This document shows positions 48,110-59,321 of a stretch of DNA of 64,000 nt, piece by piece (the first letter of the stretch is position 1; every line of letters starts with the position of its first letter). The position numbers were made by a program, and so were the translations under genes. Source of the DNA: Squalus acanthias (taxonomy: Eukaryota); contig CM059434.1 in NCBI GenBank assembly GCA_030390025.1, positions 110,050,001 through 110,114,000 of the forward strand, written 5' to 3'. The notes beneath the pieces are model-generated. The model saw only the letters and a program-made list of their open reading frames with translations. It was not told where the DNA came from and made no database searches.

Positions 48110-50720
48110 GAATGCATAGATGCATTCAAGGGGAAGCTAGATAAGCACATGAGGGAGAAAGGTATAGAAGGCTATGTTGATGGGAACATAGGAGCAGGAG
48201 GAGGCCATTCAGCCCCTCGAGCCTGCTCTGCCATTTAATGAGATCATGGCTGGAAAACAGTGACCGGATCGGACAAAGTCAACATGGATTTACAAAAGGT
48301 AAATCACGCCTGACTAATCTACTGGAATTTTTTGAGGATGTAACTGGTAGAATAGATAAGGGAGAACCAGTGGATGTGGTGTATTTGGACTTTCAGAAGG
48401 CTTTCGATAAGGTCTCGCATAAGAGATTAGCGTGCAAAGTTAAAGCACATGGGATTCGGGGTAAGGTACTGACTTGGCTAGAGAACTGGTTGGCAGACAG
48501 GAAGCAAAGAGTTGGAATAAACGGGTCTTTTTCTGAGTGGCAGGCAGTGACTAGTGGGGTACCGCAGGGATCGGTGCTAGGACCCCAACTATTCACAATA
48601 TATATTAATGATCTAGATGAGGGAACTAGATGTAATATCTCTAAGTTTGCAGACAACACAAAGCTGGGTGGGCGTGTGTGCTGTGTTGAGGATGCAGAGA
48701 AACTCCAGTATGATTTGGACAGGTTGGGTGATTGGGCAGATGCATGGCAGATGCAGTATAATGTGGATAAATGCGAGGTTATCCACTTCGGTGGCAAAAA
48801 CAGGAAGGCAGATTATTATCTGAACGGCAATAGATTGGGGAAAAGGGGAAGTGCAACGAGATCTGGGAGTCCTGGTGCACCAGTCGCTGAAGGTAAGCAT
48901 GCAGGTGCAGCAGGCGGTTAAGAAGGCAAATGGTATGCTGGCCTTCATAGCGAGAGGATTCGAGTACAGGAGCAAGGATGTCTTGCTGCAGTTGTACAAG
49001 GCCTTGGTGAGACCACACCTTGAGTATTGTGTGCACTTTTGGTCGCCTTATCTGAGGAAGGATGTTCTTGCCATGGAGGGAGTTCAGCAAAGATTCACCA
49101 GGCTGATACCTGGGATGGCAGGAATGACGTATGAGGCGAGATCAAGGGATATGGAGAGAAAGCAGGGACCGGGTACTGAATTTGGATAATCAGCCATGAT
49201 CTCATTAAATGGCGGAGCAGGCTCGAGGGGCCGAATGGCCTACTCCTACTCCTATCTTCTATGCTTCTATGCGACCTAACTCCATATACCCGCCTTTGAC
49301 CCATATCCCTTAATACCTTTGGTTAACAAAAATCTATCAATCTCCGATTTAAAATTAACAATTGATCTAGCATCAATTGCTGTTTGCGGAAGAGAGTTCC
49401 AAACTTCTACCACCCTCTGCGTGTAGAAGTGTTTCCTAATTTCACTCCTGAAAGGTCTGGCTCTAATTTTTAGACTATGCCCCGAGTCCCAGAATCTCCA
49501 ACCCGTGGAAATAGTTTCTCTCTATCTATCCTATCTGTTCCCCTTAATATCTTGAAAACTTTGATCCGATCACCCCTTAACCTGCTAAATTCTAGGGAAT
49601 ACAACCCTAATTTGTGTAATCTCCCTCGTAACTTAACCCTTGAAGTCCAGGTATCATTCTGGTAAACCACGCTGCACTCCCTCCAAGGCCAATATATCCT
49701 TAAGGTGTGGTGCCCAGAACTGCTCACAGTACTCCAGGTGTGGTCTAACCAAGGTTCTGTATAGCTGCAGCATAACTTCTACCTCCTTGTATTCTAGTCC
49801 TCTAGATATAAAGGCCAGCATCCCATTAGCCTTTTTGATTATTTTCTGTACCTGTTCATGACATTTTAATGATCTATGTACCTGGACCCCCAAGTCTCTT
49901 TGGACCTCCACTATTTTTAGCCTTTCACCATTTAGAAAGTACTCTGTTCTATCCTTTTTAGGTCCAAAGTGGATGCCCTCACATTTGCCTACATTGAAAT
50001 CCATTTGCCAGTTTTGCCCATTCACTTAATCTGTCGATATCCCTTTGTAATATTATGCTTCCATCCAACTGCCTACAATTCCACCTATTTTTGTGTCATC
50101 GGCGAATTTGGATATTTGACTTTCTATGCCATCATCTAAGTCATTAATAAATACTGTGAATAGTTGAGGCCCCAACACAGATCCCTGCGGGACACCACTA
50201 GTCACCTCCTGCCAATTTGAGTACCTGCCCATTATCCCTACTGCCTGTCTCCTGCCACTCAGCCAATTTCCGAACCAGGTCAATAATTTTCCCTCAATTC
50301 CGTGGGCTTTTACCTTAGTTAAAAGTCTCTTCTGTAGGATTTTATCAAATGCCTTCTGGAAGTCTATATAAATAACGTCCATAGACATTCCCCTGTCCAC
50401 TACTTTAGTCACATCTTTAAAAAATGCAGTCAGGTTTGTTAGGCATGACCTACCTTTCACAAATCTCTCTGATCAACTGAAAATTTTTGAGGCGTTCAGT
50501 CACCTTATCCTTAATTATAGACTCTAGCAATTTCCCGACAACAGATGTTAGGCTAACTGATCTATAATTCTCTGGTTTCCCCTCTCACCATTTTTAAATA
50601 GTGGAGTTACATGCGATGGGGTTATAGATGATGAGGTGTGGAGGCTCATGTGGAGCATAAACACTGGCATAGACCTGTTGGGCCAAATGGCCTGTTTCTA
50701 TGCTGTAAATATTCTGTAAG
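48110..50720. mobile_element. Three-layer CR1 nest: outer (+) fragment, middle (-) copy 48185..50614, inner (+) copy 48252..49271
   Basis: ORF 48238..48921 is nearly identical to 22820-23410; ORFs 49654..50025 and 50053..50460 on minus; GATGGG repeated at 48179 and 50615. Confidence 0.82.
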
Positions 50721-50830
50721 TTGGTGGTCACCTAATTTGAATTGAAACAGTCGACACCTTTGGGTGCTTCTTGGGTGCTTGGTGGGGGAAGGAGGAGCAG
50801 GAAAAACAGTGCAGGCAAGCCACTCTTTGG

Positions 50831-51200
50831 AATAACAACAGAAAATGCTGGAAACACTCAGCAGGTCAGGCAGCATCTGTGGAGAGAGAAACAGAGTTAA
50901 CGTTTCAGGTCTGTAACCCTTTGTCAGAACTGGAAAAAGTTAGAGATGTAACAGATTTTAAGCAGGTGCAGAGGCAGGAAAAGGGAGCAGGGGAGGAAAG
51001 AACAAAAGGGACGGTCTGTGATAGGGTGGAAGGCAGGAGTGATTAAATGTTGCAAATGGGGATGGCAGAATCGTCAACAGCTGCCACCTGAAAAAATAGG
51101 GGCAGAGGTTATAGTCTGAAATTGTTCAACTCAATGTTGAGTCCAGATGGCTGTAAAGTGCCTAATGGAAAGATGAGATGCTGTGCCTCGAGCTTACGTA
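50831..51200 (-). mobile_element. Penelope-like 3' fragment with a core-mutated hammerhead (CTGACAA)
   Basis: RKLEAQHLIFPLGTLQPSGLNIE; motif at about 50895..50931. Confidence 0.8.
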
Positions 51201-52679
51201 GAGCTCTTTGGGTTGTCCATGTAAAGGTTTCCTTTGCTTCCCAAACTGCTTCCTTTATACGGGGTTTTGTCCCAAAAACACTCTGATGGATATTCAAGGT
51301 CTGGGCTGGGACCTGGCTGATTATTCTGACCCTGTGGATTTCTCGGGGCATTGTCTCAACTCCTGAAGACCAGGACAATTTTTTTCTTGATCACTTTTAT
51401 TTTTGTGTAGGTAATTTATCTCCTAGTGTGTTCTGTCAGATGGCGCATGTGAAAAGTAAAATTAGCATTGTTAACAAAATTAACTGAATCATAAAGGTGG
51501 ACAGCAGGTGGAACAAAAACATCAAGATTAAATATAAGAGATTTAGAGGAGAGATCAGGAGAAACCTTTTATACCGAGGGTTGTGAGGATTGTGGAATGC
51601 ACTACTGGAGCTAGTGATTGAAGCAGAGACCATGTCAATATTTAAGAATGACTTGGGTAGGTAGGTGGTAGGTAAAGAGATATGGGAACAGGGCGGGCAC
51701 GTGGGTTAGGAGCACTGCTTGTGTGAAGGATAAACATATGAAAAAGATGGACAGTAAAAAGACCAGCTAGTCCATCGAGTGTGTCCCATTCAATCGTGTA
51801 GTTACTGAACAACATGACTCCCCAGCCACCAACAGCCATGCAATCTCCTGTAAGAAGCCAAAAAAAGCTTTTTCTTTAACAAAGCAAACCCTAGACCAAT
51901 TTACGGAAAAAATAATTCTGGGAACTTCCTCTCCAACCCCCAAAGGTGATCAAAAACGAGTTCCAGGAGATAACCATGACAATGAGGTACGTCACCCAAC
52001 ATCCTACCTACCCTTTGTATGCTGTGATGGCCGCTTTCTCCAGGAACTTATCCAGCTGCCTTTTGAATGCAGCAAATCTGCACCTATTGCATGAGCTGGT
52101 AACCTATTCCAAAGATCAATGATCCTCTGGGAAGGAAAATCCTCTTGCAGCTAACCTAGTTCTATGGCTACATATGTATGTCCCCAACATAGACTATTTC
52201 CATATTGTAACTTCTATGTACTAATTTTATTGAGTGTTTTTAGTATTTCCTGACTTCAGAAAATTTATTTGCAAGTCTGGTCATGTCATAGCTGGTTTGA
52301 GATTCTGTAGCTGATAGCTGTTTTTTTTTATTGAGGAACAGCTTTCTGGCCTCAGTATGTATATTTTAAATGAATTGCTTATTTGTACGATTCTCTGAAT
52401 AGAAGGTACTCATTTTAATTGTTTCTGCTGGAATATTAAGTTAGTCCAATGTACTTTAGTGCAGGAGGATAGATTTTTCTCATGTATCCTCTCATCAGGT
52501 GTTACTCGAGTAACGTGTTGTTAGTACCCACCTGACCATTAGGTGTGAATCCTGTCTGTGTGATCTCTGCTTCATTGGTCGAACTTCTGGATCATATTGG
52601 ATTTGGCATTGAGAGTTTGCTGGGGAGAGAGGGGGTGGGGTGGGGTGGTGCATAAGGGTTAAAAAGGTAAAAAAACACA

Positions 52680-54590
52680 AAAATGTTTCCTCATGTTGCC
52701 TCTGGTTCTTTTGCCAATCACCTTAAATCTGTGTCCTCTGATTACTGACCCTTCTGCCACTGGAAACATGATTTTGAACACCTCTATCATATCTCCCCTT
52801 AGCCTTCTCTGCTCTGAGAGAACAACCCCAGCTTCTCGAGTCTCTCCACATAACTGAAGTCCCTCATCGCTGGTACCATTCTAGTAAATCCCTTCTGCAC
52901 CCTCTCTAAGGCTTTACATCCTTCCTAAAGTGTGGTGCCCAGAATTGAACACGATACTCCAGCTGAGCCCTAATCAATGTTTTATAAAGGTTTAGCATAA
53001 CTTCTTTGCTTTTGTACTCTTTATTTTATTCGTTTTTATGGGATGTGGGCGTCGCTGGCAAGGCCAGCATTTATTGCCCATCCCTAATTGCCCTTGAGAA
53101 GGTGGTGGTGAGCCGCCTTCTTGAACCACTGCAGTCCGTGAGTTGAAGGTACTCCCACAGTGCTGTTAGGTAGGGAGTTCCAGGACTTTGACCCAGCGAC
53201 GATGAAGGATCGGCGATATACTTCTAAGTCAGGATGGTGTGTGACTTGGAGGGGAACTTGGAGGTGGTGATGTTCCCATGCGCCTGCTGCCCTTGTCCTT
53301 CTAGGTGGAAGAGGTCGTGGGTTTGACGAGTTGCTGCAGTGCATCTTGTAGATGGTACACACTGCAGCCATGGTGCGCCGGTGGTGGAGGGAGTGAATGT
53401 TTAAGGTGGTGGATGGGGTGCCAATCAAGCGGGCTGCTTTGTCCTGGATGGTGTCGAGCTTCTTGAGTGTTGTTGGAGCTGCACTCATCCAGGCAAGTGG
53501 AGAGTATTCCATCACACTCCTTACTTGTGCCTTGTAGATGGTGGCAAGGCTTTGCGGAGTCAGGAGATGAGACACTCGCCGCAGAATACCAAGTCTCTGA
53601 CCTGTTCTTGTTGCCACAGTATTTGTGGCTGGTCCAGTTAAGTTTCTGGTCAATGGTGACTCCCCAGGATGTTGATAGTGGGGGATTCGGCGATGGTAAT
53701 GCCGTTGAATGTCAAGGGTAGGTGGTCTCGCTTGTTGGAGATAGTCATTGCCTGGCACTTCTGTGGCGCGAATGTTACCTGCCACTTATCAGCCCATGCC
53801 TGAACATCGTCCAGGTCTTGTTGCATGCGGGCATGGACTGCTTCATTATCTGAGGAGTTGTGAATAGCACTGAACACTGCAGTCATCAGCGAACATCCCC
53901 ATTTCTGACCTTATGTTGGAGGGAAGGTCATTGATGAAGCAGCTGAAGATGGTTCGGCCTAGGACACTGCCCTGAGGAACTCCTGCAGCATGTCCTGGGG
54001 CTATGATGATTGACCTTCAACCACCGCAACCATCTTCCTTTGTGCTAGGTATGACTCCAGCCAGTGGAACGTTTTCCCCCCCGATTCCCATTGTCTTCAG
54101 TTTTACTAGGGCTCCTTGATGCTATACTCGGTCAAATGCTGCCTTGATGTGAAGGGCAGTCACTCTCACCTCACCTCTGGAATTCAGCTCCTTTGTCCAT
54201 GTTTGGACCATAGCTGTAATGAGGTCGGGAGCCGCGTGGTCTTGACGGAACCCAAACTGGACATCAGTGAGCAGGTTAATAAAGCCAAGGATCCCATATG
54301 CTATTTTAACAGCCTTCTCAACTTGTCCTGTCACCTTCAAAGATTTACATACACCCCCAGGTCTCTCTGTTCCTGCACCCCTTTAAAATTGTACCATTTA
54401 GTTTATGTTGCCTCTCCTCATTCTTCCCACCAAAATGTATCACTTCACACTTCTCTGCATTAAATTTCATCTGCCATGCGTCTGTCCATTTCACCAGTCT
54501 GTCTATGTCCTCCTGAAGTCTGTTACTATTCTCCTCATTGTTTACTACATTTACAAGTTTCGTGTCATCTGCAAATGTTACTATCCACTT
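52680..54590 (-). mobile_element. CR1 fragment interrupted by a family-B LINE (53021..54275)
   Basis: ORFs 53084..53785 and 53650..53886 are family B; chimeric ORF 54122..54340 spans the junction. Confidence 0.8.
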
Positions 54591-54922
54591 TGAATATCTT
54601 ATCCAAGTCCACTACATTCAATCCTTTCATAATTTTGAAAACCTCAGTCATATCTCCTCAAGTTATTCATCTTGGGCAGACATAGGCCTAACTGTTTAAG
54701 CCTATCCAAGTAAATAAGAAATCTAGCTTTAGTTATCATTCTTGCTGGTGTCCACTGCGCCCCCTCCAGATCCTCAATATCTATCACCAGATGTGGGAAT
54801 CCAAACCAATACTCCATGTGTGGACCTGCCAAAGCCTTATAACCCAAGTACAGCGCTCTTACTTTGTTGTAAAAGAAACAGTTTGAATTTGATTTCTAAA
54901 AGTGCTTTTTCAATTATTTCAG

Positions 54923-54978
54923 AAAGTAGATGAAAGGGCGATCAGGCACTTCAGAAATGTCTTAGAAAATGCCAAAAC
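54923..54978 (+). CDS. GSAP: GSAP exon (KVDERAIRHFRNVLENAK)
   Basis: tttcag / gtaagt; phase 0 to 2. Confidence 0.88.
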
Positions 54979-55254
54979 GTAAGTGAAATTTTCTAACTTT
55001 TTAAGAATATTGATGGGGTATTAATTTCCACAGGGATTCTTCTGCTCACCCACTGTAAATTTAGCAGATGAATCGCAGAAACCCCGGAAAAATTAGTTTT
55101 TCCAGAGTTTCCGGCTCTTCCACTGAAGTTACAGCAAATGAGTGGGAGAACTTCCAAGGAAATTGATGCCCTCGATTTTTTATTTTTTATTTTATTTTAT
55201 TGACCAGTCTACTGGTTATTTGAGGATGCTTCAGTTCTGGTTTAATTTGTGCAG

Positions 55255-55286
55255 GATTCTTTCACAAGTGGATACATGGCCCTCAG
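55255..55286 (+). CDS. GSAP: GSAP small exon (ILSQVDTWPS)
   Basis: gtgcag / gtagga; 32 nt, phase 2 to 1, bridges its neighbours. Confidence 0.82.
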
Positions 55287-55774
55287 GTAGGAAAAGATGG
55301 ATTGATTTTACTTGTATAGAGATTATATACCTCACTGATGATGGATTTGCAGTGCTATACTTCTAGCGTAACTACTCGTAAGACTTAAGTAAGCAATGAC
55401 TGTCTGTCTTTTTACAGTAGATAAATGAGTCAAACTTTCCATCACAAATGAGATGCCAATTTTATACTATGGGTATAAGATCCTGGTAGATCCTTAATCA
55501 TATGTTTTGCATTATATTTGAAACACTTCTTGCAGTTGTTAAGTGATATTTCACATGTAAATTTTTCCTTTTGAATTTTCACACATGCAAAATATTTGCT
55601 TTGCAGACAATCATACCCTAGAACACATAGAGGTTATTTGAACAGGAACAGGTGTTTTGCCTTGGTGGCAATTAATTTAGGAAAAAAAAATGTGCAGCAG
55701 TTTTTCTTTATAACTAGGGGTGTGTGTAGCTGAATAAAGGTTAACAAGTGCATCAACTTTTCTTTTAATAACAG

Positions 55775-55836
55775 AACAGCCAGCGGTTCCCTTGTTTCAG
55801 GAAGAAGACTGCCAGCAGATGGTACTAATAGGACTG
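55775..55836 (+). CDS. GSAP: GSAP exon (QPAVPLFQEEDCQQMVLIGL)
   Basis: taacag / gtaagg; PL.QEED motif. Confidence 0.9.
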
Positions 55837-56477
55837 GTAAGGAGCCCAGGTGGTGGTGTACTCTGTATATTGTATGCTGGAATACTGAAGGAAAAAGTAA
55901 TAAAATTGATTCAAGCTTTTCATTTATTTAAACAAAAAACCTGTACTGATAAATTACTTCTTAAAAGAATTTTTAGTACATGGAGTTCACACTTAATCCT
56001 CATCGACACCCACAGATTTGTTGCCTGGGGCACATGTAACCTGCCATACTGTATAAAATATGATGCATATGCTGGCACTACAATTTATGCCTTGAAAACG
56101 CAGCTCTCCTTTCACTCACTAATACATTACAACTTGGTTGAGCATATGCCTGTAAAACAGTTAACCTGTAACAACATCAGGCAGTTTCTAGATCCCTCCC
56201 CCTCCCCTTCAAAGTTTGTGGGTTTTTTTTAAACAAAGGTCACAAAAGACCAGAAAAATCATGGTTGTGACTGAAACAGTAGAAATTCTTGATTATATAG
56301 TAATAGATTTTGCCTGAGTCTTAACCATCAGGTTGATCTGCTTATCCTTAATTCCCTGGACCAGTACAGCTAGTCATGCACTATTACTGAGATAATACAG
56401 GTACAAGGGGGTATATCAAAAAGGGTTTGACTGGTACAATCTCTCTTGATTTTTCTTGTGAAACAACGAAAGTTATT

Positions 56478-57220
56478 GGGCCAGAAATTCGGCTCTCCGG
56501 CTTCCTGCGGGTGCAAGCATCGCGCGCATACTTACTTCGGGCCCACGAGGAATTCGGGTCCTGGTCTTCTCCAGCTGCCGGTGCGCAGTGCTTGTGTATC
56601 CCAAGGGCGCAGTTAGTTCGAAGCGTCCACTGGGATCACGTGGGCCATGGAGAGCCAATCCTAGCAGGGAATTTTCATTCATAGATTTGACAGGAAGACC
56701 TGTCAAATCTATGAATAGAGATTGGCTCCAAAACCACACTAAAACTTCAAATAAATTTTTTAAAAAACCATCACATTTTTAAAATAACTATAAATTACAT
56801 AAGTTAACTACTTTAAACAAAAATTTTAATTTTTGAAAATATTAATTACACTTTTTAACGGTGCTAAAAATAAACTTACCTTTCTTTAAAGTATGTAAAA
56901 AAGATAAACCTGTTGAAAAAATGTTTAAATTTTAATTAATTAACCACTTACCTTGTTTAAAAAAAGGCGTTGCGCTTCCTTTTTAAATGTGCAACTTCTC
57001 CATACTTACCCTCACGGAGAAACCTGAAAAAAAACCAAGTTCGCTGCGTGCACGCTGCCTCTCCCGTGCACGCGTTCGACTTCTGAACCCCTTCCTTCAG
57101 GGGAACGGAAGTTCTGGTTTCCAGCGCATGCGCAGTGCATGCAGGAAACCGACACTTCAGGTGGCCTTACGGGTGAGTACACAGCGCGTACTCACCCGTG
57201 GAGAGCCGAATTTCTGGCCC
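56478..57220. mobile_element. Harbinger-type MITE, same family as 35541..36252 in the opposite orientation
   Basis: Perfect 21-bp TIR GGGCCAGAAATTCGGCTCTCC; flanks ATT/AAT; shared hairpin and internal blocks. Confidence 0.86.
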
Positions 57221-57341
57221 AATATTAGCTTTCCTCATATAGACTAATGTGCACAAAACTGATGGACCATTGACTAGTTACTGTAATGTTTTAGACATTG
57301 AATGGTTCATTGAAAAAAATTATTACGTGCATCACTAAGTA

Positions 57342-57943
57342 CGGTCCCCACCATTTAAAATGCCCACGTTTAAAACGGGCAGTCGCTTATATCGGCCAAA
57401 AAGTGTTAAGTATTAGCCATTTGCATTAACATCAGTTTCAAAGTTGATGGTTATAGTGTCGTAAGTGTTCTGTTTATTTTGAGCTTACTCACTAGTTCGC
57501 TCCTCGTTAAGTGGGTTAATCTTCCATGGCAGATGTGTAAGTGACATTCATCAGATATTTGGGTTGTTTAAATGGCTGATCGGTAAAGGCGAATTCCATG
57601 GGGAATGACTTGTTTTTGAATGACGGGTCCTGCTCCCTGTTCCCTTCAGTTTCCTGATGACCGCAGCCAGGGTGAGTTGATGCTGCGGAGCTCGGGGTCC
57701 TTGGTCAAATACGTGCTTCAGTTTGGCTGAATGCTACCCTTATACCTTTTGCCCAGGTTACACAGCTTCGTCACAGATCCAGTTTATATTGCACTCTGTG
57801 ACCTTCAGCATTACATGTCTAATGATGAGCATCTCTCTACATTCTTCAAAATGCAGTATAGCGCTACCACGTTATACCGGCCATCGCGTATAACGGGCAA
57901 ATTGGGTTCGCACGAACGTGCCTTCTATAAGCGGTGGGGACTG
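57342..57943. mobile_element. Tc1/mariner-type non-autonomous element
   Basis: TA-C(G/A)GTCCCCACC ... GGTGGGGACTG-TA imperfect TIRs with TA flanks. Confidence 0.7.
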
Positions 57944-58092
57944 TACTGTTGTTAAAGACCAGTGTCGAGCTGCTCAATGTTTTGGTTGCAAAATGACAGA
58001 TTACTTCATTGCAATTTTTGTTGCTAGTACTTGGTAAATAGTGAAAAAAATTTAATGCAAGTTAATTGTCATAAATACCTTCATTTCTATAG

Positions 58093-58188
58093 ATGGTTGA
58101 GAAACTGAAGGAACATCTACTGAAATATCTTCATTGTGTAGGAAAGAAGAAGATTGACCTGATAGTTAACAACTATGTTGTGAACTTG
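58093..58188 (+). CDS. GSAP: GSAP exon (MVEKLKEHLLKYLHCVGKKKIDLIVNNYVVNL)
   Basis: ctatag / gtttgt; 96 nt; matches GSAP MVSELKDHFLRHLQGVEKKKI. Confidence 0.9.
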
Positions 58189-59321
58189 GTTTGTGATGCT
58201 TTCTTTACTTTTAACGCTAAGTGGTTGAATACTAATTAGACAGTTATAAGTTATAAAGCACTTGGATATTTTCCTGCCATGTCACAGTTTGGTATTTTAG
58301 CACGGCTAAACTGTTTTCAGATTATTTTGAAGGGGGAATCAGGAACAGAAAGACACAATGTAAAGAGCAGTCACAGGGCAAATTTTCTGAGCTTGTCAAG
58401 ATGTGAAATAGTCATATAAGGAACAACAATTGGACCAAGCTGAAGTGCTCTTGACACATTTAAATTTACATAATTTCACCATTTGTTAAAATAGAATTGC
58501 ACTATAAGCTTTACCACTCTATGAAGTGGGTAAAAAGAGAAGCTTAGTCCATTAAGAAGGCCTTAAAAGGGCAGAGGCTCTTTTATGTTGCATATTTTGT
58601 GGCATCAGAGAAGTGAGCGTTTATGTAGAAATGAAAACAACCGAATATTGGCTGGAAAATCTCTAGAAAGCCGATATAATAGAAGCATTTATAAGGGTTA
58701 AGCAGAGGGAGTAAAAGAAGAAATATATAAACTGAGGCTATTAAAATACAAACTTTCATTACAACATAGGGAGTGACTAGTCATCTAACTGCATGCTAAA
58801 GAAGTTGGCAAGTCAATTAAAATTGACTGGGGGTTTCTTTTTGGAGTGCCCCAAATACAGTATTTTATGGTTGAAGTTGTACAAGATGAAAGAAAATATG
58901 CCAGGGAGATAGCTGGCACCAGAACTGGACTGGCTGCATCTGCTGTTATACCACTCTCCATATCTGCAAGCCTTGATTCACCTACCTGGCAGTGATCGAG
59001 GACAGCTGACTCCACATGCTCCAGGTGAGCAGGGTGGAAGGTACAGAGCTGTGTGATCTGCTTTAAGGACAACTGCAGCCAACCTGAGACATAGCCACTG
59101 GCAGTCCTATATTTCTGGGTCATCTCCTCTATCAACTTTTCTTCCTGTGCCTTCTTCCAGGCTAACGGAGATCATCCGTAATATCAACAGCAGCAACTTT
59201 CATAGGAATAGGAGTAGGCCATTCAACCCCTCAAGTCTGTTCCGCCATTCAGTTAGCTGATCTGTATTTTAACTCCATCTACCCACCTTGGTTCCGTAAC
59301 CCTTAATACCCTTGCCTAACG

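Larger units (their letters stand above)
1647..58188 (+). other. GSAP: GSAP (PION) gene body, partial; both ends lie outside the window
   Basis: 19 exons with canonical AG/GT sites and mutually compatible phases join into one open frame. The peptides match vertebrate GSAP as recalled (CLTLLIEIHPVNN.KVLKAVDS, AEDFLWAQWD, VFTNHTG, DLIQEFI, PLFQEED). Confidence 0.95.
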
